From positions 1 to 61,389 of the forward strand of contig NW_021832550.1 of the NCBI RefSeq assembly GCF_006345805.1: a DNA stretch of 61,389 nt, in the 5' to 3' direction. The notes beneath the pieces were generated by a model. The model worked only from the letters and a program-made list of their open reading frames with translations. It ran no database searches and had not been told where the DNA came from. The translations under genes and the position numbers were made by a program. This stretch comes from Octopus sinensis. Taxonomy: Eukaryota. Position 1 is the first letter of the stretch; each line of letters begins with the position of its first letter. Shown piece by piece: positions 1-12,070 of the stretch.

Positions 1-646
1 CCCCTAGACAGTCTGGTTTGTGTTTAATACACAATTTGTTTGCTATGTGTGCCACATATGATTAAATTAACCGATTTTTTCCAATAATGTATCCTATTGG
101 AATAAAAGAGCTATATAGCTCCTTGGAGCAGACATGATGCTCGTTGTGAAAAAAAAAAGATTCCTGCCAATTTGTGAAAGATATTGTCGAAAATATGTCA
201 TCTTGAATTTGAACGCGATTTCCAAAATGGCATGATTTTATCGATTGTTTCTGATGGTAAGGTATTGCATGGAAAACTAACGTCAGAATTGAGTTTCTTA
301 GGGTAACATTAAGTTTCACCATGAGTTTGGTGAAAATCGATTGCAAGTTGTGAAAACTACCATAGATAATGCGTTGCATAAAAAAAGCTTAGATTCTCGA
401 GTTGCGTCCCCTAGACAGTCTGTGGTTCATGTTTATGATTCTCGACCCCATGTCGAATTTATCAATTTTTTTCAGAACTGGGGGAACTTTTCAAAATTTT
501 CGCTGCGTTAGTTTTGAATTATGACATTGGGCTATGTGTGTGTCAAGTTTCATCAGAATCGGTTGAAAGCCGTGGTCAGGGTGAGGGTACGAGAAAACAG
601 ACACACAGAAGCACGCACAGACAAACTGCCGTTTATATATAGAGAG

Positions 647-647
<1 letters not shown>
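1..647 (-). mobile_element. Helitron-like non-autonomous element, 5' part (runs off the window)
   Basis: Minus strand starts A|TCTCTCTATATATAAACGGCAGTTTGTCTGT, the same TC..TATATATAAA start as the complete Helitron at 58886. Two AAGTTTCA..AATCG motifs (~311, ~546) and CCCCTAGACAGTCTG repeated at 1 and 408. The 3' CTAG end is not visible. Confidence 0.5.
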
Positions 648-679
<32 letters not shown>

Positions 680-1245
680 ATATATATGTATATATTATAT
701 ATATAAATTTTTACATATATATATGCATATACATATATGTATATATATATATATATACATACATATATACATCTATACACGCACGTGTATATATGTATAT
801 ATATTTATATATGTATGTATATGTATATATGAGAATATTTGAAAGTAGGTATCCCTTGTATATATGTCTGCGATTGTAATTGCTTCGCCATAATTGCATT
901 TATACATTTGCAGAATACAAAGACTCACTCACGAACAATGAAGCAAGCAGATAAACGTAGACGTATATTTAGGCGTGTGTTCTCATGTATATGGTACACT
1001 CACACACACACACACACACACATATATTTAGAGACACGTGTCTATATATATATGTTTATGTATGTGTATATACATATACTTACATATATGCATGTATGTA
1101 TGTATGTATGTATGTATGTATGTGTGTATGTATGTATGTATGTGTGTGTATGTATGTACACGCATATATAAACGTTTATATATATCTAAAGAGATGCACA
1201 CACCCACACACACATATATACACATATACACACACAGACACACAT
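648..1245. repeat. Compound microsatellites (TA, CA, TATG)
   Basis: Directly visible; explains the overlapping ORFs 521-1328. Confidence 0.9.
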
Positions 1246-1572
1246 GCATAAAATCAGAAAATAGATGTAAACTGGAGGTTTTAGCTGAAGATGAAAGTTT
1301 TATGGCGAAACCCAAAATAAGATCTTGAAGATCAAAGATTAAAAATACACAAACAGAAACGAAAACAAAAATAAAAATAAAATATTCCTAAAATGGCGGA
1401 AAAACGGAAACGAAAATGGGAAACCAAAAAAAACTGTGAAAATAAAAAAATAAAATGGAAACTGAAAAAAATGGAAAATAATGAAAATTTAAGTCTCAAA
1501 AACTATTTTTACTAAAATAATTTTCCTCTCGCACAATTTTAAAGTTTAAAGGATCAATGGGTTTTTATAAGT

Positions 1573-1885
1573 GGAGGTGCAATGGCCCAGTGGTTAGGGC
1601 AGCGGACTCGCGGTCGGAGGATCGCGGTTTCAATTCCCAGGCCGGGTGTTGTGTGTGTTTATTGAGCGAAAACGCCTGAAGCTCCACGAGGCTCCGGCAA
1701 GGGGTGTTGCGACCACTGTTGTACTCTTTCGCCCCAACTTTCTCTCATTCTTTCTTCCTGTTTCTTGCGTAACGCTGCGATGGACTGGTGTCCCGTCCGT
1801 CCAGCTGGGAGGAACACATGCGCCATAGAAACCGGGAGATCGGGCCCCTTGAGCCTGGCTAGGCTTGAAAAGGGCGCATAAATAA
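1573..1885 (+). mobile_element. tRNA-derived SINE with V-domain-like core
   Basis: A-box TGGCCCAGTGG (1583-1593), B-box GGTTTCAATTCC (1626-1637). GCTGCGATGGACTGGTGTCCCGTCC at ~1774 resembles the V-SINE domain (from memory). ATAAATAAA tail. Confidence 0.7.
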
Positions 1886-1899
1886 AGGTTTTTATAGGG

Positions 1900-2087
1900 A
1901 AGCGCAGACACGGCTGTGTGGTTCAGAATCTCGCATTGCAACCACGAGGTTTCTCGTTCAGCTCCGTTGCGCGCGGCTAAATGGACAAGTGTCTTCTACA
2001 ATAGTCCCGGACTTAGCAATGCCTTCTGAATGTGTTTGTGTGAGTGAATTTGGTAGAGGGGAAACTGCGCAGAAGCCCGTCGTATAT
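1900..2087 (+). mobile_element. Degenerate 5' half of SINE family B (CORE-type)
   Basis: Alignable by eye to the 5' half of the full copy at 40331 (GGACAAGTGTCTTCTAC..GAAGCCCGTCGTATAT). Confidence 0.65.
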
Positions 2088-2389
2088 GCACATATACACA
2101 CACATGCACACGCACACAGATGCACACGCACACAGATGCACACGCACACAGATGCACACACATTCACACATACATATATACTTACATGCACACATCATAC
2201 ACGCACTCCCATATACGTATATATATATATATATATCCTCCATCTTAATTTTAGGGAACGCAGTGTAAATAACGGACAGAGTCAAGACTATTGAAAAGGT
2301 TGTAAGACGAAACGAAAATTTTAGGAAAATAAAAATAAGAAATAAGTGGAAATTTTACCGGTGAGTGTGTTAAAATATAAGGCACAATT

Positions 2390-2700
2390 GGCGAGTATGT
2401 TCGAGAGCCTTACAACATGTTCCAGCCAACTCCCTCGGCGCTTGCGGATTGTGACGGACACTGGATGGACACTGATCTCCGCTCTTCTTCTAACCACCTC
2501 GTTACTGATAAAGTCTTTTCATTTTCTAGTATTTTCCGGAGGTTTCTACTGTCAAAATCAAACGTTTCTTCTCTCAGTTAGTTTTCAAGTGTCATGGTTC
2601 ACAATCATATAAAATGGAGGAAAGCACGTTAGTGTTGTAGAACCGCATTTTGGTTAATAGAGAAAGCTCCTTGCTCTTCAAGAGTTTGAACAGATACCAC
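2390..2700 (-). mobile_element. Decayed RTE-clade LINE, RT C-terminal fragment
   Basis: Minus-strand translation across stops and frameshifts gives LLTKMRFYNTNVLSSILYDCEP..RNLRKIL..FISNEVVRRRAEI..VTIRKRRGSWLEHVVRL, matching the RTE-type post-RT region. Confidence 0.75.
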
Positions 2701-3374
2701 AAGGCACTTTTTTTTTTACGCACAACTCAAACGTTTCTGCTAACCTGTACATAACAGCTTCTCTCTCTTACGCTGGTTTATATTAAAGGCTTCGGCAATT
2801 ATTTCCAATTTCCTTTTTAGTTGTGGTACTCTATCAGTTTACATATAGCAAGAATATTAAAGGTGACACGGAGATAATGACAATTATAGTTTAGTATTTG
2901 ATTTCTAATTAACCTTGATTACAATAGCAACAGCAATTAGAAGCCATAAAGATCTTCTCGGCAAGATGATTATTCAATAAAATGAAAGTTGACACATTAC
3001 TTGAACTTCGATGACAACCAGACAGATAAAGCATCGACAAGGATGTGGTAATGAGGGAAAAGGGTGGACTCTGTATAGTCACTGGATATGTTAGAAATAG
3101 CAGCCAAATCCTCCTCTAATATCACTTCACGCTCACTGTTTGTAAATAAAAAGAATGCTCAGAAAGGAGACAATAGATAATGTAGTTCTGGATCTCTCTT
3201 CAAATGACGTGATGGTCAAGGCTGGAACTATTTCTGATCATAAGTCTGCTCGATCAGAGATAACTTGTGGCTAAGCAGCAACAACAATAACAATTACAAC
3301 AAACACAGCGACAACAGAAATTATCGGACAAAACATTTTCTACGTGTCCAGCTTAACAAAAGCAGTGTCATTCC

Positions 3375-3519
3375 TTCTTCTTCTTCTTCTTCTTCTTCTT
3401 CTTCTTCTTCTTCTTCTTCTTCTTCTTCTTCTTCTTCTTCTTCTTCTTCTTCTTCTTCTTCTTCTTCTTCTTCTTCTTCTTCTTCTTCTTCTTCTTCTTC
3501 TTCTTCTTCTTCTTCTTCT
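3375..3519. repeat. Perfect (TTC)n, ~48 units
   Basis: Directly visible. Confidence 0.95.
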
Positions 3520-3575
3520 TTCAGCCCTGGTGGCCAATAAAGAAGGTATTATTATTTATTATTATTGTTGTATAT

Positions 3576-3738
3576 GGTGGCGAGCTGGCAGAATCGTTAG
3601 CGCACCGGGCAAAATGCTTAGCGGGATTTCGCCCGTCCTTACGTTCTGAGACACTTGCCCAAGGTGCCATGCAGTGGGCCGAACCCGGAACCATGTGGTT
3701 GGGAAGCAACCTTCCTACCACACAGCCACGTCTGCGCC
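3576..3738. mobile_element. Chimera of a family A head (+, 3576-3650) and a family B head (-, ~3649-3738)
   Basis: GGTGGCGAGCTGGCAGAATCG..ACGTTCTGAG runs straight into ACACTTGCCCAAGGTGCC..CACAGCCACGTCTGCGCC. Confidence 0.75.
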
Positions 3739-4336
3739 CGCTCCCCTCTCTCTTTGTGTGTATATATATATATTATATATATATATATATATAACGGGAA
3801 GCTTTATGAAAATAGACAAAAGACGAAGGCAGGTTTACGGAAATAAACAAAAGGCGAAGGCAGGTGAATTACAAACAAACAATTGTATATAGTGTAATAA
3901 ATAAAATATATGCATACATACAAACATATATGTACGTACCGACATCTACATGTATATATACATGCATATATAAATATATGTATGTACAGGACACCACAAA
4001 AAGACGTAAAACTCAACAGAAACGAAAACGGAAAAGCCATTTTGTTACAACAGAAGGACGAGAACGAAAACAGGAAAAACATTAAGTACAACAGGAAAAC
4101 GAGGTACAGGACATGCTACACAAGGAAAAATCACCTTCATCAGCTGTCACTAGCAGACATAGCGTGTTTCGAAGGCAAGACAGGACACGTCTGTCCATGC
4201 TAGGCCTTCCTACGAGAGAATTAAAATAAAATAACCTCGCAGAGGGGTAAAACAAGCAAGAAAAAATGTAACACAAAAAGGGACGTAATAAAGAACTGCA
4301 CAATAAAATACAAGAAAAAATACAATATATATATAT

Positions 4337-4381
<45 letters not shown>

Positions 4382-4960
4382 TATATAAATAAGTATGTGT
4401 CTGTGCATTTCACTACACCGCATAACATTCGGCTAGTTTACGCATTCGTAACTTAGCGGTTCGGCCAAAAAGTCCGATAGAGCAACAGTATAATTATCAT
4501 ACTCGAACATAAAGAATACGCGTTTGTGTCGAATTGGTTGACTAAGCACTTCAAGACGATCAAAGAGTTAAGCCGCAAAAGAATATGTAATAAAAAAAAA
4601 ATCTACATAAGCGGGTTTAAAATAATTATTTGTAAAGTAAACAAAAGCGGATTTAGGTTAATTCTTTATAAATTGAAAAATGTCTAGACTAGACTACACC
4701 CCCTCATTTTTCTTTTTATTTCTGCTTTATTTTAATTGCATTTCAACGAAGTTTATGCCACCGTATAATGATTAATATTCAATTTTTCATCCTAATGTAT
4801 TCGGTCACACACTTCCTTTAAATTCAATAGCATCCTTCGTCATATCGATGTTAGTTTGTTTTTCTTCACACACTCTTATTCAAGCTTGTAAACTACGTAT
4901 ATTCTTTCTGTATTTTATTTTCATATACTTCTCGAGTCGTTATATGTAATTATGCAGAAA

Positions 4961-5585
4961 GGCGGCGAGGTGGCAGAAACGTTAGCACGCCGGGCGAAAT
5001 GCGTAGCCGTATTTCGTCTGCCGCTACGTTCTGAGTTCAAATTTTGCCTTTCATCCTTCCGGGGTCGATTAAATAAGTACCAGTTACGCACTGGGGTGGA
5101 TATAATCGACTTAATCCGTTTATCTGTCCTTGTTTGTCCCCTCTATGTTTAGCCCCTTGTGAGCAATAAAGAAATAAGAAACGTTAGCACGCCGGGCGAA
5201 ATGCGTAGCCGTATTTCATCTGCCGTTACGTTCTGAGTTCAAATTTTGCCTTTCATCCTTCCGGGGTCGATTAAATAAGTACCAGTACGCACTGGGGTTG
5301 ATATAATCAACTTAATCCGTTTGTCTGTCCTTGTTTGTCCCCTCTATGTTTAGCCCCTTGTGAACAATAAAGAAATAAGAAACGCCGGGCGAAATGTGTA
5401 GCCGTATTTCATCTGCTGTTACGTTCTGGGTTCAAATTTCGCCGAGGTCGACTTTGCCTTTCATCCTTTCAGGGTCGATAAATTAAGTACCAGTTAAGCA
5501 CTGGGTCAATGTAATCTACTTAATCCGTTTGTCTGTCCTTGTTTGTCCCCTCTGTGTTTAGCCCCCTGTGGGTAGTAAAGAAATA
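4961..5585 (+). mobile_element. SINE family A head-to-tail trimer
   Basis: Units start at 4961, ~5177 and ~5378. tRNA-like head with B-box GAGTTCAAAT, central GCCTTTCATCCTT..GGGGTCGA..AAGTACCAG domain (Meta/MESC-like, from memory). Flanked by TATATGTAATTATG(C/T)AGAA at 4941-4959 and 5586-5604. Confidence 0.85.
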
Positions 5586-5859
5586 TATATGTAATTATGT
5601 AGAATTATTTTCTAGTGTGTTATATACTCTATTTTTTTTTATTCTTATAGTTATCCCTTTTTGATCCTGGCAATGAGTTTGAATCGTATTCGGTGGGGGG
5701 GGGGGCTTTGATCCGGGAGTTCTAGTGTTTTTGAAATGTGTGGTACCACCTTTCAGTCTTTTTGGTTCCTACTCTGATCCGGACGGCAGACGGACAATTT
5801 GTCGACAGACAGTTGGTCGTCAGACAATTGGCCGACAAACAACTTACAGACAGGGCAAT

Positions 5860-5989
5860 TGTGTGGTATGGTGCAGAGTCCTATTGCCAGACATAGGGTG
5901 TTCCAGCAGCCACCCTCTTGACCCAGGGCAGCACAACCTCCTCCAGGAATTTGATGTAGGCCTCCGTGTTGAGTCTGAGGCCGTGTGGG
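5860..5989 (-). mobile_element. Tc1-like transposase fragment
   Basis: Minus translation PHGLRLNTEAYIKFLEEVVLPWVKRVAAGTPYVWQ*DSAPYHT, which fits the Tc1 QQDxAPxH second-Asp region. Confidence 0.8.
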
Positions 5990-6374
5990 AATTGTCTGTC
6001 AGCAAATTGTCTGGACATGGTTCCGGAGTAGCGGCAGCTGTCAGTGTCCCAGCTATTGGCTAATTAGCTCGCCCACCAATGTACGTAACGTCTAATTCCG
6101 GCAAACTCTGCGGAAGAAACCTTCATGACTCAATGGAGAGTAAGGCAGCTGCTGCAACTGTGGAGTGTAGAGAGCATGAAGAGGCGAGTGAGACAGCTGG
6201 GTCATCCACTGCATCTGCCTCCACTCTCGGTCGTCTTGACCTGATCTTGAAACTTGGATTGTCACGGACAAGAAAGTGAGCTCGACGGTGCACAAAGCCA
6301 TCACACGATTCATCAGACATCCGGCAATCCAAGAATTTGGACCTGAAGATTTCTATTTCCAGCGACTTCGAAAG

Positions 6375-6469
6375 AATGAAAGGCAAAGTCGACCTCGGCG
6401 AAATTTGAACCCAGAACGTAACGGCAGATGAAATACGGCTACACATTTCGCCCGGCGTTTCTTATTTCT
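6375..6469 (-). mobile_element. SINE family A fragment carrying the trimer unit-2/3 junction
   Basis: Reverse complement is near-identical to 5371-5465. Confidence 0.8.
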
Positions 6470-6646
6470 CCCAGTGGTGTCGGGCATCAACGAAGAGCCC
6501 TCGACTACAACAAGACGACCAAAGTTTTTTTTTTATTCTCAAGGTCTGGGGTCTCCTGTCCCTAAGCCCTAGAACATCACCTAATCACCCTTAGCCGTCT
6601 TATTGCTTAACAACAACAATAAATTAGACATCTTTGAGGCTGATTA

Positions 6647-7138
6647 CATGTTCCTCATCGTTCCATGTTCCTCGTAATTCCATGTTCCTCGTCGTTCCGT
6701 GTTCCTCGTAGTTCCATGTTCCTCGTCGTTCCATGTTCTTCGTTATTCCATGTTCCTTGTCGTTCCATGTTCCTTGTTGTTCCATGTTCCTTGTCGTTCT
6801 ATGTTCCTCGTCGTTCCATGTTCCATGTTCTTCCTTATTCCATGTTCCTCGTCGTTCCGTGTTCCTCGTAGTTCCATGTTCCTCGTCGTTCCGTGTTCTT
6901 CCTTATTCCATGTTCCTCGTCATTCCATGTTCCTCGTCGCTCCATGTTCCTCGTCGTTCTGTGTTCCTCGTCGTTCCGTGTTCCTCGTAGTTCCATGTTC
7001 CTCGTAGTTCCATGTTCCTCGTCGTTCCGTGTTCCTCGTCGTTCCGTGTTCCTCGTAGTTCCATGTTCCTCGTAGTTCTGTGTTCCTCGTAGTTCTATGT
7101 TCCTCGTTGCTCCATGTTCCTTGTCGTTCCATGTTCCT
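6647..7138. repeat. 17-bp minisatellite (GTTCCATGTTCCTCGTC)n, ~29 units
   Basis: Directly visible, with CATG/CGTG and TCG/TAG unit variants. Confidence 0.95.
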
Positions 7139-7776
7139 ACATGAAATGTATTTATTTAAATTGAACTCCTGTATTACACAATCATGCTTGCGCCGATGCG
7201 GTGTCTTTTTTTCCTCTCCATTGAACTACATTATATAATGAATACAGATATCTAAAAATCTAAATATATATTTGTGGTTATCGCTTTTGTTAAAAATCTA
7301 AATATATATTTGTGGTTATCGCTTTTGTAGATCTCAGCATATGTAAGATTTTTTTTTACCCTCAAAGAGCAACATTCTTTTAAAATCTACTTATTCAAGC
7401 TGTGCTCACGATATATTTATTTGTGTAATATTTTTCTGAACATAATGAACTATTTTTTAAAGCCGATATTCTAAATTTATCCTTCTCACATACATCCACC
7501 ACAAGCAAAACCTGCAACTCGATCGAATTTTTATGTAAATACGTGTTTTTGAAATATGCCACCTGCGGTTAATTGTAATTTAATTTATTTAAAATGTTCT
7601 AACCGAAGCAAACTTTTCCCTTCCATTTAGCCATACTACTACCATAACGTTCAGCGATGTTACATGCATCTGCTTGTTTTGTTTTTCACCATGACACTAG
7701 TTCTCTTAATTCTTTTAATAAACGGAAATTAGAATTTGTTTGAATTTTTGAATTCTTATTTCGGTTTATGTCATTT

Positions 7777-7823
<47 letters not shown>

Positions 7824-8640
7824 ATCGCTATGTGTATGCGTGTGTGCGTGAGTATGTGTGCGTGCATGTGTAATTAAGTAGGCCTTCAAGTTAATGTTTG
7901 TCATTATATATTGCATGAAAGCAAACATTTTTATGTACGTATGCATATATGTATACCTGTTTAACCACATACACACACACGCACACACACACATACACAC
8001 ACACACAAAAATTATATATATTTATATATATATATATATATTTGCTTAAGTATGTATATGTATGTATGTCATTGAGCAGTTTTATTTCAAGATGAACAAC
8101 ACGTATCTATGCTTGTAAACTGTTTGCTTTTACGTATAGCAATATCTAAAACATATCTCATTAAAACGACAGCTTACTCAGTGGTTTTCTGCAAAGTAAT
8201 ATAATTTAGCTTGAGATTGAAGGTAAAAAGTAACTCTTAACAAATACCTACCTACTTACCTACCTACCTACTTAACTGCCTGCCTGCCTACCAACCTATC
8301 TACCTACCCACCTACCTATCTACTTACCTGCCTACCTACCTACTTACCTGCCTACCTACCTATCTGTCTACCTACCTACGTGCCTCTCAATCTACCGGGA
8401 GCGTCGCAAGATACGCTAAACCGCTTGTTAGCGAAAGACATAGTTGTCACTTCTGCTTTATGGAATCGTTGGAAGTCTTAAAATGCACGAGCGAGGTTAT
8501 TAATAGATTAGACAAACTAAAGTTCAAATGCCCACATTATACGAAAAAACATTTTTTAAAAACTTTGAACCGATTCTATAGGTCTTTCCTCTATGCTGGA
8601 TTAGTATATGTAGACTTACAGGTATAAATCTTAAATATAA

Positions 8641-8993
8641 GGCGGCGATGTGGTAGAAACGTTAGAACGTCGGGCGAAATGCGTAGCTGTATTTCGTTTG
8701 CCGTTACGTTCTGAGTTCAAATTCCGCCGAGGTCGACTTTGCCTTTCATCCTTTCGGGGTCGATTAAATAAGTACCAGTTACGCACTGGGGTCGATATAA
8801 TCGACTTAATCCCTTTGTCTGTCCTTGTTTGTCCCCTCTGTGTTTAGCCCCTTGTGGGTAGTAAAGAAATAGGTATTTCTTCTGCCGTTACGTTGTGAGT
8901 TCAAATTCCGCCGAGGTCGACTTTGCCTTTCATCCTTTCGGGGTCGATTAAATAAGTACCAGTTACGCACTGGGGTTGATATAATCGACTTGA
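8641..8993 (+). mobile_element. SINE family A dimer (second unit truncated)
   Basis: Head GGCGGCGATGTGGTAGAAAC; internal junction GTAAAGAAATAG|GTATTTC at ~8872. Confidence 0.85.
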
Positions 8994-9440
8994 TTCGCAC
9001 GCGCGCACACACACAATCATTGCTTAGGTGATTGCACACACACACACACACACTCAGAATTCTAGAGCTTAATTCTTTACCATGTCATTAAAGTTTAATG
9101 TATCTTCATTTCAATGCCACAGCAATAGGAGGGATAATATTACATATTATTCAAAAATGGCTGAAGTCAATGTTCGCTGCAGAATATTAACCAGAATTCG
9201 AAACGAACGATCTGATGAATATTTAAAAATTTCACATATTTTACCTTTGTTTCCATAGTAACACTAAAAAACATTACCATAATAATAATTACAATAATTA
9301 CATAAATATTCGTTGAAGTTATTAAATTAATTTATTTGAATGTGATGTGGAATTCTTTTCTCTAAGAAAATATGAAACTAAATTCACCGTTCAACGTACA
9401 AATACGATATGCAAAAGATAATATAAGAAGGATTTAAATC

Positions 9441-9488
<48 letters not shown>

Positions 9489-9540
9489 CCAATCAATCAA
9501 TCAACCAATCAACCAATCAATCAATCAATCAACCACCATC

Positions 9541-9595
<55 letters not shown>

Positions 9596-9614
9596 TATCT
9601 ATCTACACCCCCCC

Positions 9615-9645
<31 letters not shown>

Positions 9646-9904
9646 GGAAACACGCACTGAGTCGAAACGGGCAGCCGAAGAAGAGGAATATTCCTTGTAT
9701 TGTTTGTCTTGTACTCTGTTTTTTCGTTGTTAAAAAAAAGTCCGTTTCCTTGTTTGATTTTATGTTTTCGTTTCTCGTTGTGTTCTACGTTTATTTGTGG
9801 TGTCCTGTACTCATATATGCATGTATATATCCATATAGATGTAGGTATGTACATATATGTATGTATATATGCATGTTTTATTTATTAAATTGTTATTATA
9901 TACT

Positions 9905-10309
9905 CCTTTACTCTTTTACTTGTTTCAGTCATTTGACTGCGACTATGCTGGAGCACCACCTTTAGTCGAGTAGATCGACCCAGGGACTTATTCTTTTGTA
10001 AGCCCAGTACTTATTCTATCGGTCTGTTTTGCCGAACCGCTAAGTGACCGGGACGTAAACACACCAGCATCGGTTGTCAAGCGATGCTAGGGGGACAAAC
10101 ACAAACACACAAACATACACACACACATATATATACACATATATGTGACGGGCTTCTTTCAGTTTCCATCTACCAAATCCACTCACAAGGCATTGGTCAG
10201 CCCGAGGCTATAGTAGAAGACACTCGCCCAAGGTGCCACGCAGTGGGACTGAACCCGGAACCATGTGGTTGGTAAGCAAGCTACTTACCACACAGCCATT
10301 CCTGCGCCT
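9905..10309 (-). mobile_element. Full-length SINE family B (tRNA head plus CORE-like domain)
   Basis: Minus head AGGCGCAGGAATGGCTGTGTGGTAAG..GGTTCAGTCCC, CORE-like GGCACCTTGGGCGAGTGTCTTCT, internal CA/TA tract, GAGTAAAA tail. Confidence 0.85.
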
Positions 10310-10514
10310 ATATATATGTAAAGGGGTTTGTATGATTGTGTTTCAACTGTCAGTTTAAGCTACAGTATTTAAGCTGTTCAAGGTTGGTTTCAACTGCTCT
10401 TTCTAGTATGTCAGGCAACCGAATAGGTGTTTGTCATCGCCATTTTTTAGCTTAGAATCACTTAAATAATTCAGTTAGTGTCCTTTATATATATACATTC
10501 AATGCTGGAACCCT

Positions 10515-11065
10515 CACCCCACCACCACCACCACAACCTCCCCCACCACCAACAATGATGACAACGTCGACAACAACAACAGCAACAGTAGTAGCACAAC
10601 CATCACCAACAGCAACATCAATAATAGCAGCAGCAGCATCACAGCTACTATTACCACCACCACGCCACCAACACCACCGCCACCAACACCACCGCCACCA
10701 ACACCACCGCCACCAACACCACCATACCTCCACCACCACCATACCAACACCACCACTACTATACCTCCACCACCACCACCACCACCATCATACCACCAAC
10801 CACCACCATACCACCACCACCACCACCTTACCACCACCGCACCACCACGAGCAGCATCAGCACCATCACTACCATCAACAGTACTTCCGGCATCTTCTCC
10901 ACTAGAACTTCCACTACCAGCGCCATCTGTACCATTAGCATCATCATCACTAGCGCCACCACCAACACCACTTCAAACAACAGCAAAATACCCAACAAGA
11001 ACAATGACACCACCACCGTCAGCAGCTACATCACTACCACCACCGACCCCCCACTTCACAACTCC
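10515..11065. repeat. Degenerate (ACC/CAC/AGC) trinucleotide low-complexity tract
   Basis: Directly visible. Confidence 0.85.
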
Positions 11066-12070
11066 TCAGCACACAATAATAAAAATAAAATAAAAATTTA
11101 CCAAAAAAATGTAATCAAAATGCATTGTTTAAAGCCATTAATCAAAATTATAAACACATTTTAATTCACAATATCAAGATAAATTTATAAGAATGAAAAA
11201 ATTATATAAAATATTTTTGATGACTATCTTACGCTGCTACAGACAAAATGCCCCAAGACACACTTATCAAAACACAGACACACAAAGATACAAATGTAGA
11301 AAGACACAGATGTGCAATACTGTGGGTGTCCTATTGTGCGGATAGTTGAATGATGACGACCAATGGTTATAGAATCTTTGCTTAAATCTGCCCTACATCA
11401 TACCGATGTAACTTATTACTTGATTCAGCGAGGATGTGGTGACTGCATCGAAGGAAACTAACGAAATATTGCATACTTTGTCTAAAGAACATCTGACTTT
11501 TATTCTGCACGAACATACTGAGTCTATAATTGTAACGATTTTAGATGTGGTTAATGATTCTGGAAGAATTTTCAGATAAATTTTGATCTTTTCTTTTAAT
11601 TATACATAGTACAAAGAAAGTGAATACAGCCTAGTACTCTTACAGAGTTACGGCCCTGGCCCACAAAATTTCCCCAAAGAAAGCGTCTATGTGATAATCC
11701 GAAGCGTTAAAAACTGCAGTGAAGCTTCCTTTAAAATAATACCCGGCGCTCTTAAAAAAGTGTGAATGACTTGCTGAGCGTTGTAGTCTTTGATAGAAAG
11801 CTCTGTCTAAAAGCAAACACGAAAAAACGAAAAACCGATATGTGGATCATGATTGGAACGCCTTTGATTATAGATTTTTCTGTTGAGAGAGGGTCTGGGG
11901 GAAACAACAGCAGACTCAATAACAACGACAGCTGGAAAAACAATAAATGAAACGGAAACAGCAGAAACCACAACAAAAATTATTATAGAAAAAGCATCAA
12001 ATATATATATATAAAAAGTACTATAGCACGATTTGCTAAAATAAACAATATTAACAATAGCCACAGTAAA

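Noticed and set aside
4125-4185. Minus-strand GAAAC..GUC..CUGAUGA in type II order
   Set aside because: Stems I and II do not pair in register. At most a decayed repeat, part of which also occurs at ~9700-9830.
6020-6360. GC-richer segment, possibly an exon or an RTE 5' end
   Set aside because: No coherent splice pair, and the similarity to an endonuclease start is too weak to call.
6647-7138. CRISPR-like periodicity (also the 12-bp and 17-bp arrays)
   Set aside because: No unique spacers, no cas genes, eukaryotic context.
10485-11016. His/Pro/Thr-rich or Gly/Val-rich ORFs
   Set aside because: Degenerate trinucleotide repeat with no splice or domain support.
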